A stretch of 64,000 nucleotides of DNA from Cyanophora paradoxa CCMP329 (Eukaryota; Plantae; Glaucophyta): contig QPMI01000535.1 of the NCBI GenBank assembly GCA_004431415.1, positions 372,001 to 436,000 on the forward strand, written 5' to 3'. Made by a program: the position numbers and the translations under genes. Below the pieces are notes generated by a model that ran no database searches, had not been told where the DNA came from, and was given only the letters and a program-made list of their open reading frames with translations. Positions 23,584-36,400 of the stretch are shown piece by piece; within the stretch, counting starts at the first letter, position 1, and the number at the start of each line of letters is the position of its first letter.

Positions 23584-24134
23584 TCGCGGCGCCGAGCCGG
23601 CCGAGCCGGCCAGCGCGCGGGCCCCGGTTTCCTGAGGTTCGGCGAGCATTTCCTCGTTTCGTTCGGCTTTCACGTGCACCACGCTTTTCTCATAATCAGC
23701 TTGCTTCTTTTCCCGTCCTGGTTTTGGTCGATCTAGATCTCAATCTGGTCTAGATCTTCATTCTTCTTCTTGGAAACACTATTCGATTATCCTGTTCAAT
23801 TCACGTAGTGACGGCTTTGGGCAGGATTCTGGAGTCTATAGCTATTTGAGGTTCAACTGTTCATCTTAGAGATTAGGTCGTAAATCGCAGCTGCAGCTTG
23901 CAATTGCAACTGCTTTGTGAGTCGAGCACGCCGCGGCGCCCACGATACTGGAAGTTTAATATTTGGGAAACGTTAATTTTAACTTGGCCAGTGTGCAAGC
24001 GCGCGCGCGCGAGCTCGAGCGGCGAGCGCGCGGCGAGTCCAATTCGAATTCTGGCTGCGGCCGCGGGTCCAAGTCAGGATTGGTCAGGATTGGGGTACGT
24101 GTTCGTGGCCCGGCCGCAGCTGCTGGGCCCCGCG

Positions 24135-27100
24135 ATGCCGCTGCTGGAGGTCTTCTCTGGCGTCGCGCAGGAGCTGCTGCATGCGTCTCCCGGCCCGGTG
24201 GTGCGCTTCCCAGCGCCGCCGCTGCCCTGGTCCGCGACTTGGCGCTGAGCGCCGAGCGCTGCCGCCGCCGCAGGTCGGCGCGCTGGCCACGGCGGCTGCC
24301 CTATTCGGCGCGGCCTACCTGTTCCGCGGCGGCCATTCGAAGCGCGAGCCGGCTGGCGAGCTGCCCGAACCGCCCGAGGTGCTCGAGCTCGCGCATGAAC
24401 ACGCGCCAATAGCGCCCGCCGAGGCACGGCACGGCGGGCCCCGAGCGCCGACAGATGCCGGTTTGACCATCTAGACCCGCAAAGCCGCATCTAATGACCT
24501 CTCCAATCTCACGACCACTCACCGACCTCCGAGTTCGAGTCGTCATCTTTTCCGCAGCTGACCGCGCGCGCGCGCGCGCGCAGGTGAACTACCTCGCGGT
24601 GCTGGCGACGGTGCTGCGGGACCCGCGCCACTTCGACCGCGCCCTCCGCGCCAAGTACGGCGACTGCTTCGCCTTCACCCTCCACCTCGGCCTCACCTCC
24701 AAGAAGGCGCGCGAGCGCTCTCCGGATCCGCGCGAGCCGCCCTGCAGCGCTAGCGCTCCGGGCCTGACCAGTACCCCGCCCGCCCCCGCTCGGCTCCCCG
24801 GCCCACGCAGTTCGTTGTGCTCTCGGGCCCCGAGGGCTCCAAGTTCTTCCACTACGCCCAGGTTCGTTCGGAAGGGGCTTAGGCTTCAGCACTTCAGCTC
24901 GAGGCTCTGTTCTCGGAGCTCAGAGCGGGCCCGCAGCCGCTATGCTTCCGCACGGGCTTCGGAGAGTCTGTCGGCGCTCTGATGCCCCCGCGGGTGCGCG
25001 TCCGGTTGCGCCCTCTTCCCCGCCCGACGACTCGCTCGCCCCCGCGGCCCAGTACCGATCCCGTACCCCGCAGCTCTTCGACAGGGATCGCGTCGCCTTC
25101 GTGAACCGAGCCCTCGCCTCCAACAAGGTCCGCGGACCCCGCAGTCGGAAATCCCGCCCCGCCGGGATCCGAACCCCGTGTTGCGCAGTACCCTGGCTTC
25201 GTGGAGATCATTCATGACGAGATGCGTGCCGTCCTCGCGAGTCCGTGTACCCCGTACCTCCGGGCGCCCGCCTCGCCTTCCATGGCCTGATCGTCTTCCC
25301 CCCCCCTCCCTCTTCCCCCAGAGATGCCGGACGAGGGTACGGGAGAGGACATTTTCACGTTCCTTGCAGAGCCCGTCTTCCGCATGCAGGCGCCCCGTAC
25401 CCCTCTTCTCCGCCCTTCCCAGGCCTGACGGGGTACCCCCATCGGAAAGGTCCGGATGCTGTACGGAGACATGCTCCGGTACCCCGGCATGTACGAGCGG
25501 TGCGCCGCGCCGCCCGTACCCCTCCCGGAGCTCGGAACCATACCCCCCTCGACATTGCCGGCGTACCCCCGGCCCCAGGTTCCGGGTGGCCTTCGGTGTG
25601 CTCGACCCTGGCCCCAAGTTCGGCAGCTTCCTCGGATCCCTCAGGTGAGATCGCCCGGTACCCCCCACGGGGCGCGGGTTCGACTCCGCGCAGGCACCTC
25701 GCCGGCTTCAACACGGAGCGGGACCAAAAGGCCCGTGACGTCATCGTCCAGATCGCGAAGACGGCGCGTACCCCCCGGCCTGCTCCTTCCTCTCCGATCT
25801 GAGTACCCCGCGCAGCTGATAGAGGAGCGGCTTAAAGAGCCGGCGGACAGCTGCGACGACGACCCCGTCCGCAAGTGCGTACCCCTGCCTTCTGCGAACG
25901 GCGCGCCGTACCCCTCCGCCGCCCCGCCGAGCACGTCGTACCCCCTTCAGGGGCGATCTGGTTGGCCTCGCCGCGAAGGACCCGGAAGTACGTCCAACTC
26001 CCCGTCGTGTTAATTTTGTACCCCTACCCTCTACCTTATCTAATCATGTACCCCTCTCCATAGGTCCGCAACCCTGACGGCTCTCTGAACGAGGACGAGG
26101 TACGCGGGGCCCCCGCCCGGCCCCCGCTTGCGGGGGTACCCCCCTGAGCTGTTGCGGCAGCTGTTTGCGTTCTTCTGGGGCAACCTCTTCGCCGCCGTGG
26201 TGCGTGCCCCCTTTCGTCCCTCCTCCTGCCCTGACAGGGGTACAGGGAAACTCGTTCTTCGCGATCGGATGGTGGGCCGCCGCCTTCCCGTCCGCTGCCG
26301 ATCACGGTTTCGAACCCGAGCGGCGCAGGATCGCCTACCGTCTCACGCACGACAAGGCCGCCCGGGAGCGGGTGCTTATTTGTTACCGATGGCCCCCCGC
26401 GTCCGCGCGCCGGCACATCCACGCCGGCGCCCGCGCAGTTGCTGGGGGAGTGGCGGGGGGCGGTGCGGGCGGCGGGGGGCGTCACCCTCGAGGCCGTCAA
26501 CAGGGTCGAGTTCGGGAACATGCGCGTACCCCTTCCTCCCCCTTCCCCTCCCCCGACCTGGACCAGAGGCCGGGGCGCTGACCCAGCCCCGGCGGCAGGC
26601 TGGTGAACGAGGTGATAAGGACGAGCACGCCGGGCTTCTCCTTCCGCCGCGCCACCGCCGACTGCACCTACCAGGTACCCCCCGCCCCTTCGCGGCGCCC
26701 TCCCGTCCAACGCGGTACCCCCGCCTGCGCAGGACAAGTACCGCATCCCGCAGGGCCGCCTCCTCGCCTTCCTGTGGAACTCGTGCGCCCGGGGTACAGG
26801 CGCGGCTAAGGGGGGTACGGCTAGGGCCGTGCAGCGCGCCCCGCTCTCCCCTCCCGGGTTCCTCCCGTCGAGTGGACGCCCCTTCCGGGCGCCCCGCCCG
26901 CCTCGGATGCCCATCGATATCTGCTCTTCTATCCGCTCTCCCGGGCCGCCCGAGGCCTTCGCCGCCACCCGCTCGGGCGCTGACCGTGGCCACGCGCGCC
27001 CCACGCCGCGCGGCTCGCCCGCGGCAGGATCAACCAGAACGAGGAGATCTTCAGCCGGCCCTCTGCCTTCGAGCCCGCCCGCTGGGCCACCGAGGGCGCG

Positions 27101-28070
27101 CTGTACCCCCCCCACGGCCCCGTACCCCGCGGCCCCGGCGCCTGTAACGCCGTACCCCGCAGCCAAGGAGCCCGGGAGCAGCATCGTCTTCGGCGCGGGG
27201 CGGCACCCCTGCCCGGGTCCGCGCCCCCCCGCCCCCCTGAGCTCCCGCCGGGCTCGGTCTCTTGCCTTGAGCGTCGGCCCCGCGCTGCAGGCGCCAAGCT
27301 GACGTACATCGAGTTCAAGGTGCGCGGGGCGGCGGCCCTCCCCGTGGATCCACGCCGATCGCAACGCCCCGCGGCGGCGCAAGGGCCCACGTCGCTCCAT
27401 TATGCCCTCCGTCGCCGCGCCGGGGCCTTCCCCTCAAGCCCGCATCAGAGCCTCGCCGGCCTTATCAACCTTCGCTACCTATCTAGCCCAGCCAAGCGTA
27501 GCCCTAGCCTAGCCTAGCCTCGCCTAGCCTCGCCGCATGTGGCCGAGTTCGCGTCGGCGGCCCTCTGCCGACCGCCGCCCACGGCCCTCGGGGGCACTGC
27601 GGCACTGCGGCACTGCGGCACTGCGGCACTGCGGGACACTAGCCTAGCCTGGCCTCGCCTCGCCTGACCCCGCCTCGGCCGACCGCGGCCCTCTTTTGCG
27701 CTGCGGCAGATGATGGCGTGCCTGCTGCTGGAGGAATTCGAGGTGGCGGTCACGGGGGACCCCGTCTGCAACTTCCGCCAGGCCCGCCCCCCCCCCCCCC
27801 CCCCCCCCCCCCCCCGCCCGCCGCCCCACGGGCCCGCCCCTCTAGAAGAGCGCCCAAGCTCCCGCGAAGAGCGAGGGCCGCCCCTGCGTCGTGAGGCTGC
27901 GCGCCCCCGATGGGGGCCAGGCCCCTTCGCGCGTTGACTCCGGCCCCGCCCCGCCCCGCGCCGCGCCGCCCCGCGCGCAGCTGGCGAGCGTCTTCCGCCC
28001 CGTCAAGCCCGTCCCCTTCCGCTTCCGGCGGCGCGCCCCCGAGGAGAGGGCCGCCCCGGCGCCGCCGTGA
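24135..28070 (+). CDS. Cytochrome P450 (about 20 short exons)
   Basis: N-terminal anchor VGALATAAALFGAAYLF; KYGDCFAF; EVIR (ExxR); FEPARW (PERF-like); heme motif FGAGRHPCP/G; stop at 28068-28070. Confidence 0.9.
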
Positions 28071-28187
28071 TCCCCATGGAGTCTCGGAGGAGACGCGGGG
28101 GCCCCAGAGATGTCGACCTTTGCCCCAACAACTGGTACCAGTCTTCCCCCTCGACGAGTCAGCCGTGATCAACCAGCCAGATTACTG

Positions 28188-30282
28188 CTAGTCTTTCAAA
28201 CGAGCGCTCTTCGTTGGCGCACTCCAGACAACGGGGCGTGGGGCGAGTCGAGGGCCGGGGACCGGCTCCAGCACCAGCGCTAGGGGAGGGGAGGGAGGCC
28301 AGCTGCGGCCCCCGCGGCGCGTCCAGCGGGGCCGTGCCAGGGGTCTGACGAGCGCGCAGGGGGGAGGGCGTTGGCGAAGGGAAAGCGCAGGAGGAGGCAG
28401 GAAAGGAGGAGGGGGTTGGGGGAGGGAGGAAGGAGGGGGGGGGGGGGGGGGGGGGGGCGCAGGGGGCGGGGTAGTAAGCGGAGGCGCTAGAAGACCCGGG
28501 TACAAGGCTCCCGCGCGGGGGGGAAGGGGGGGGGGGGGGGCTTGAGGCTGGGCCAAGGGGCCGGGGGGAACAGATTGGGAGGCTACGCCGGCTGCGGGGG
28601 CCGGGCCAGCGCCTGCAGCTGTCCCTCCCCTCGTCAGAAAAAAAGAGGGGGCGAGAGAATTGGGAGAAGGGGGGGGGGGGACGGGAGGGGGGGGGAAGAT
28701 GTAAGACTCACCGCGTCCTCGGCGCGAGCGAGGCGGGCCTGAAGGACCTGAGAGGGGGGGGGGGGGGGGGACGGGGTGAGCTGGGGCGGGCGTGGAGGAG
28801 AAGGGGTACGGCGCGCCTGAACGAGGGGTACCAGCCCGTGCTCGAGGAGCTGGGCGATCCGCGCTTCGTACCTCCCCGCCGCGTGCAGCGCCCGCAGCGG
28901 GTGCGCCCCCTCCCTGCCGCCGCCCCCGCTCGGCGGGGGGTACCGCGGATCCGTGGAGGGGTACGACGCACGAAGCCTCCCGGTAGAGCGAACGTTCCTC
29001 CTCGAGGAGAACCCCTTGGAGCCTCAGCGCCTGCGCTGCGCTGCGCCGCGCGGAATTCGGCGTAAGACGTGCGCCGGCCGCGCGGGGGGTACGCGCACCT
29101 CAACGGAAGCCGGACGCCGTCCTCGAGGACCTCGTACCCCCCGCCCTCGCTGGCGGGGAGGAGCTCCACGGGTACGTCGCGGCGTGACAGGGGCCTGGAG
29201 GGCGTAAGCGGGGGTATAGATCCGGCGGGCCGGGGGCGGCGGCGTGCCCGGACTGATGCCCGCGGTAGGGGAGCGGTAGGGAGGGGGTTGGCGGGGCGGA
29301 GGGCTCTGCCGGGTACAAGGTCATCGCGGAAGGAGGGAGACGGGGGTACAGCGCGGACGGGGGTCGATATCCATAGCGGAGGGGCGGGCCTGCGTGCGCG
29401 GGGCCGATCGGCGTTCGAGTGGGGCGCGGGGGGGCGGGGGTACGCAGGCGGCGGCAGGCACCGACGGTGGCGAAGGAGCAGGATCCCGCCCCCCATCGTC
29501 GTCCTTTGTACCCGTCTAAGCTCGAAGCTTGAGTGAGAGGGGGTACGTGATCGGACCTCGAGGTCGATGAGGGGGGGATCGCTGTCGTGGGGAGGCGCCG
29601 GGGCGCGGGCCGGGGGGGAAGGGGCGGGCGGCGACGGGGCCGGGGACGCGGCCGGGGCAGGCGGCGTCGTCTCGGTCTGGAAGGCGGTGATTTGTACCCG
29701 TCCTGACTGCGCGGGGCACCAGTTACGGCGACGGCGGCGCGAAGCCGAGCGCGGGGCCGCGCCTCGCTCTCTGCGTTGCGGTCGAAGACGGAGAGAATGA
29801 TGCCGACGAAGCTCTCGCCGAGCCGCTGGAAGTTGAACTGCGTCCTCAGGTCGACGTGGCTCGCCTGCACCGTGATGTGCGGGTGGCTGTGGTACCTGCG
29901 CCGCCGCGCGTCGCCTCACGACGTGGCCGCGCAAGCAGCGCGGACGGCGCACCATCCCACTACGCGGCCCTTCATTTGCGCCGCTTCCTCCGACGCCCGA
30001 GCGAGCTGCTCGGGGCTCACCTGCCGCACGCAACGACGCCGCTAAACGAGGCGAGCCGCGCGAGGCTGGCACGGGCCACACCTCGACTCTGTCCTTGCGC
30101 CGATCGGTGCGCTGCTGCACTAGGACTCCGCGGATGCGCACCGAAGGCGAGTTGCCAGGCTCCTCCTCGACGTCCCCGACGCAGAGTCCAACCACCTCCG
30201 TGTCCTCGGTCGATAGTGCATGCAGGAGCATGCCGGAGAAGGCGTCAAAACTTATGAGAACGCGCGCGAGCCGCCCCGCCAT
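28188..30282 (-). CDS. BRCC36: BRCC36-like K63-specific JAMM/MPN+ deubiquitinase
   Basis: HALSTEDTEVVGLCVG, RTDRRKDRVE/VSPEQL, VVGW/YHSHPHITVQASHVDLRTQ, FVGIILSVF, GRVQITAFQ. The 3' end is approximate. Confidence 0.9.
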
Positions 30283-31724
30283 TGCCGTGATCCCGGCCGG
30301 CGCCGCGACGAGTCTGCCACCTTGTGCAGACGTCGACGATCAGACCGCTCGGCACTGCGTTCGCCCGCCACTTGCCAGCGGCGGAGGGCTACGGTAATTG
30401 TACCCCTCTTTCTTCCCCCCCCCCATTGTGGCATCGACGTTGCGGCACTGATCATGAGTCGACGTCATAATCATGATACTAGTATATATATATACGGGTA
30501 TACGTACGTACGGCCGCCGTCGACGTCGCCGTCGCTGTCGCAGATCTATATATATATATAGCTGGAGATCTAGAGTCGGGGGCCGCGCGCACGGCCGCGG
30601 ATCCGCGACGCCGGCGCGGCGGCCGGGCGTGCGCGCCGCGGCGCATGCGCAGGGCGACCGGGCGGGCGCCGGCCGCGGAATGCCAAAAACATTGCTTATA
30701 ATTAAATTTGCCGCAGTACTAGTTGTTTTTAACTTCGTATACGTAATGCTACAATACGCGCATACTAGAGGCGCGCCGGCGCCGCCGCGGCGGCGCGCGG
30801 CGGCGCGGCTCGGCCGCGGTGGGTCGACGTCGGGCCGGGCCGCGGCCGGGCGGAGGTGCACGTGCGGTGCCGGCGGGCGCCGGCGGCGGCGCGGCTCGGC
30901 GGGCGAAGCGGGGCATATGCATGGCGCGCGGCAGCGCGTCTCGGCGAACGGGCCGCCGGGCGGATCCGGAGGCACGGCTCGGGGGCGGCGCGGCGGCGCA
31001 GCGGCGCGGCTCGGCGGGCGCCGGGCGGGCCGCCAGTTTCCGGGCCGGTTGACATCAACGTACAGATCTAGACCCACAACTGGCGCGGCATCATATGCAT
31101 CATCCGGGCCCCCGGGGGCGGGGTGCGGCGCTCGGCGGCGCGGTTCGGCGGACGGGGCGGGGCGTGGCGCGCGGCAGCGCGGATCGGCGGACGCGGGGCG
31201 GGCCGCGGGGTGCGGGGCGCGGCGGCGCGGCTCTGCGGGCCCGGCCGGGCGGGGCCTGGCGGAGGCGCGTCGGGTGGCGGCACTACGTCGCATGCGCATC
31301 GTCAGGCTTCAAGGCTTCGAATTCTGGTGTGGTATATATGGGCCGTATATAATTCATGAGTCTGGTGGCGCAAGCCTATTTATAAATATAGCTACAGACG
31401 CGGGACGAACATGTACACATGGCTTGAAATTATCATTCTCTCTTTATATTAGAGTCTTGTTATTTAGAACCCACCTCGCACATCCGGATCGATATCCTGA
31501 GACGATCGAGCAGGCCCTGAGGGTGCGGGGGCGAGTCGAAGACCTAGTGATTATATTTATAATTAGGCCCGGAGGGCTGTTTTGAAGAAACCGCTACCGC
31601 TTTTGCCTGCATGCGCAATTTCTAATGTATCCGTATCACTGAGTCACTTTCGATCTACTCGTACCGTACGCGTAGCTATAGCTATAATATAGTACGATTT
31701 CGAACGTGTAGTCGTCGTGTACGT

Positions 31725-32135
31725 CACAGCTCGCGAAAAAAAGTCGGTCCCCACAATTCGACTTGGCTGGGACTCGACTTGGGACTCGAATAATTCTGGC
31801 CTACAAAAGTTAAAACACCCGGGGTAGACGTACGCGACTCGGCGAAGCGCGCGACCAGCACGCACCGCAGCTTCCGCACGCAGCAGAGAGCGCCGCAGCT
31901 AGCCTCCAGGTTGCATATGGAGCAGGAACGGACGCCTTCGGGCGCCGCCGCGACGAAAACTAGCCCTGCGATCGCCTTCAAGGAAAGCGTGCGCGAAAAC
32001 GCCTGCGATCGCATATATATGCCATATATATGAAAAGGTTTAATTGACTGGCGTAGGGATTTTCCAAGTCGACTTGCCCCCCCCCCCTGTCATACAAACC
32101 GAGTTGTGGGGACCGACTTTTTTTCGCGAGCTGTG
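31725..32135. mobile_element. 411-bp MITE, CMC (CACTA/Chapaev)-like
   Basis: 32-bp perfect TIR CACAGCTCGCGAAAAAAAGTCGGTCCCCACAA; 3-bp TSD CGT at 31722-31724 and 32136-32138. Confidence 0.85.
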
Positions 32136-32196
32136 CGTACGGTGCCGCGGGCCGCGGCACCGCCGGCACGGGACTTGTGACTCATGAGTCATGAGT

Positions 32197-32980
32197 CAGC
32201 CTCGGGTCACCTGGTCGGTGGGTGACCAAGAGGCTTCTCTTTTCACGGTCATGTTGTCTGTCGCCGGTTAACAATGCTTCATTATCAATCGCAATCGCAA
32301 CGGTTTGCTTATTTAACAATCGGTCTTCCAAGTCATTGGCAATGGTTTACAATCAATTGTAAATAAATTAAATAACATAATAATTAAAGTATTAAACTCT
32401 ATATATATATAGCGTACATATATAATTAATGAAAATTCGCTGAATAACCTTATATAAATTAATTATATATACGTTAGATATATACAATATAACCAGATAA
32501 TAAATAAATTAAACAAGTTATAATAACCATGTATACTGTACCCTCCTCCAGCGAAAGACCGACCAGCGAACGACGTGGACCGGTACCCGTTTCGAGCTCC
32601 CTCCTCCCTGAACGACCAGTGATAGCTATAGAATTATATATAAGTCTGCGCCAGGGTACGTAGGCCTGCCTGCGGCTAGCCTGCTAGCTTTGTAGCGGCT
32701 ACTACCGGCTAGCTATATAGCCTTCAAGCTTAAGGCTTCTAGCTCTATGGCCTTCAAGATCAATCAATTTATGTACCCGGTAACTTCCAAAGGTTCGAAA
32801 AAATTCGGTGAGCCGAACCTGTTGGCCAGCAATTGCTATCATAGTATAGAATTATAAGGCTGCGCCAGGGTAGGCCTGCCTGCCGCAGTGCGGCTGGCCT
32901 GCCAGCTTTCTAGCGGCTAGCGATATAGCCTGCTAGCTCTATAGCCTTCAAGCCGGCGCCACCCCAGTGACCCGAGGCTG
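32197..32980. mobile_element. Putative AT-rich non-autonomous TIR element
   Basis: 14-bp inverted ends CAGCCTCGGGTCAC / GTGACCCGAGGCTG; no TSD seen. Confidence 0.5.
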
Positions 32981-33424
32981 CACTGCCCCAAGGGCAGGAA
33001 TGTTTATACTAGTCATGATCACGGCCGGGCGTGCATGCGCACGTCCTGCTAGCTATCATACGTATACCGTACTATGATAGTATAGCGAATTTGAGACCGT
33101 CCGGCGTCCGAGCCGTCTGACGGTCATAGACCGTCGATAGACCGTCACGGCGTTACGTATATATACGTATATACATGTGCGAAATGACATGAAACTTGAT
33201 GCGAAGTTGAAAGCTAGCATTATACTAGTAGCCGACAACGGCTACACATAGTACGAATCGGCTAGTTGCCGGCTTGTAATGAAGAGCAGACCGGTCCAGG
33301 CTTTTCCAGTCATGATCATGAGACTCAAGAGTCAAGACTCAAGAGTCATGCATGATGCATCACACAAGATCATGATCGCTAATTATATGATTCAAAGGTT
33401 AAAACCCGCTGAAATATATATATA

Positions 33425-36400
33425 CAAGATCCGTGCTCCTGCGGAGCACTAAGTACGGCGAAGCCTCGCGGACGCCCTCGCGGCTGTCATAGTAGGCCTA
33501 TGTATAGGGCACTCAGCGACTGGCCAGCGGCCTGGCCGATCGCGAACAGCTTTCTGCAGCTGGCTGGAAGCTGGCTGGCTGACGGCCAGTCCAGCTAGCG
33601 CTGGCCGGCTAGAGGAATATTAATTTACTGAGGAAATAAAGGCTAGGGTGGAGCAGATTGAGAAGAGATTAATTATAATATTGTTGGGAAGGAGGCCCGG
33701 GAGGGGCGAGGTTGTCGCGGCCAGGCGCATGCACAGAGCTTGCGAATCGCTTAAACAGAATCTCGCGATCGAATGCATATAGCATTGATGTGCGGGGCTG
33801 CGGAGGCGAGGGCGCGCGGAAAGACGTGCAGGTCCATGCAGGATCGAATTTTCGGGGTCGGCTGGATTCTCGCGCCCTGTCGCGTCCTCGGAGCTCGCGA
33901 AAAGCTTAACAAAGATCTCAAATTACTATTGTAGCGATGCGCACGCGCGAGGATGCGAGGGCGCGCGGAAAGCTGTGCAGGTCCGTCCAGGATCGAATTT
34001 TCGGCGTCGGCTCGCGGCCCGGCACATCTGCAATGCGTGCGGAAGGCTTTGTCTACATCTGAAATGCTTATCATATTGTTCCGCGCATGCGCCGCGGCGT
34101 TGGCGCACGGAAAGATGTCCGGGTCTGTTCAGAATCGATTTTTTACCGTCGGCTGGGTTGTCGTGCTCTTCCGCGTCTTCAAAGCTTGTGGAAGGCTTCA
34201 AAAAAATGTGAAATGAATATTGTAGCGATGCGCATGCGCGAGGATGCGAGCGCGCAAGAAAAGGTCTTCAGGTCTGTAGAGGATCGAATTTTCGGGGTCG
34301 GCTGGGTCCTCGCGGCCCGGCGCATACGCAAAGCGTGCGGAAGGCTTCTTCTACATCTCAAATGCTTATGCTATTCTTCCGCGCATGTGCCGCGGCGCGG
34401 GCGCGCGGAAAGATGTCCGGGCTGTGCAGGATCGAATTTTTGCCACCGGGAGCCTTCCTGCGCTGTTCCGGCTCCGAAAAGCGGATCGCTGGAGTGCGCA
34501 GGTCCTGCTATGTCTATGCGCGCCCGTACGCATCGATTGCGCACGTCGCGGGACCGGCCGGAACCGGCCGGATCAAATTTTCGGCCGACTCTTCGCACTG
34601 GAGCGTCGAGGGTGCCCGAAATCGAGCCTGCCGCGATGCGCTCGCGCTCGCGCGTCATTCTGTATCGTTCTGGGGCGTCCCTGGCGCGATTTCGTCGCGG
34701 GACCGGGCGGGACCGGGTCCCACCTTCTGACTCGGACTGCATGTGTCGGAGGTTAAGTACCGGAATTGATCCAGAGGGAAATTCGATTTTCGCGCGACGC
34801 CCACGGGAGAGCGGTCGTCTTAGGGGAGCCAGGACGCTAAAAATGGATGTAGAGGGGTCTGTGGGGGTTCGGGCAGCTGTGTAATGTCCATCAATCGCGT
34901 CTGTGTCGAGGCAGAATTAATAATTCTGCCTCGAGGGAGTGTGACACGGAAATTATTTAGCAGGGGGGATCTTGAGTGGAAAAAAAGGTTAAAAAAGGAA
35001 TTTCGGTCGGCGGTTTTTGGGTTTGAGACAAGATCCGTGCTCCTGCGGAGCACTAAGTACGGCGAAGCCTCGCGGACGCCCTCGCGGCTGTCATAGTAGG
35101 CCTATGTATAGGGCACTCAGCGACTGGCCAGCGGCCTGGCCGATCGCGAACAGCTTTCTGCAGCTGGCTGGAAGCTGGCTGGCTGACGGCCAGTCCAGCT
35201 AGCGCTGGCCGGCTAGAGGAATATTAATTTACTGAGGAAATAAAGGCTAGGGTGGAGCAGATTGAGAAGAGATTAATTATAATATTGTTGGGAAGGAGGC
35301 CCGGGAGGGGCGAGGTTGTCGCGGCCAGGCGCATGCACAGAGCTTGCGAATCGCTTAAACAGAATCTCGCGATCGAATGCATATAGCATTGATGTGCGGG
35401 GCTGCGGAGGCGAGGGCGCGCGGAAAGACGTGCAGGTCCATGCAGGATCGAATTTTCGGGGTCGGCTGGATTCTCGCGCCCTGTCGCGTCCTCGGAGCTC
35501 GCGAAAAGCTTAACAAAGATCTCAAATTACTATTGTAGCGATGCGCACGCGCGAGGATGCGAGGGCGCGCGGAAAGCTGTGCAGGTCCGTCCAGGATCGA
35601 ATTTTCGGCGTCGGCTCGCGGCCCGGCACATCTGCAATGCGTGCGGAAGGCTTTGTCTACATCTGAAATGCTTATCATATTGTTCCGCGCATGCGCCGCG
35701 GCGTTGGCGCACGGAAAGATGTCCGGGTCTGTTCAGAATCGATTTTTTACCGTCGGCTGGGTTGTCGTGCTCTTCCGCGTCTTCAAAGCTTGTGGAAGGC
35801 TTCAAAAAAATGTGAAATGAATATTGTAGCGATGCGCATGCGCGAGGATGCGAGCGCGCAAGAAAAGGTCTTCAGGTCTGTAGAGGATCGAATTTTCGGG
35901 GTCGGCTGGGTCCTCGCGGCCCGGCGCATACGCAAAGCGTGCGGAAGGCTTCTTCTACATCTCAAATGCTTATGCTATTCTTCCGCGCATGTGCCGCGGC
36001 GCGGGCGCGCGGAAAGATGTCCGGGGCTGTGCAGGATCGAATTTTTGCCACCGGGAGCCTTCCTGCGCTGTTCCGGCTCCGAAAAGCGGATCGCTGGAGT
36101 GCGCAGGTCCTGCTATGTCTATGCGCGCCCGTACGCATCGATTGCGCACGTCGCGGGACCGGCCGGAACCGGCCGGATCAAATTTTCGGCCGACTCTTCG
36201 CACTGGAGCGTCGAGGGTGCCCGAAATCGAGCCTGCCGCGATGCGCTCGCGCTCGCGCGTCATTCTGTATCGTTCTGGGGCGTCCCTGGCGCGATTTCGT
36301 CGCGGGACCGGGCGGGACCGGGTCCCACCTTCTGACTCGGACTGCATGTGTCGGAGGTTAAGTACCGGAATTGATCCAGAGGGAAATTCGATTTTCGCGC

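Noticed and set aside
30340-31585. Long ORFs of 319 and 370 aa
   Set aside because: Low-complexity Arg/Gly/Ala/Pro translations of GC-rich repetitive DNA; no element termini could be defined.
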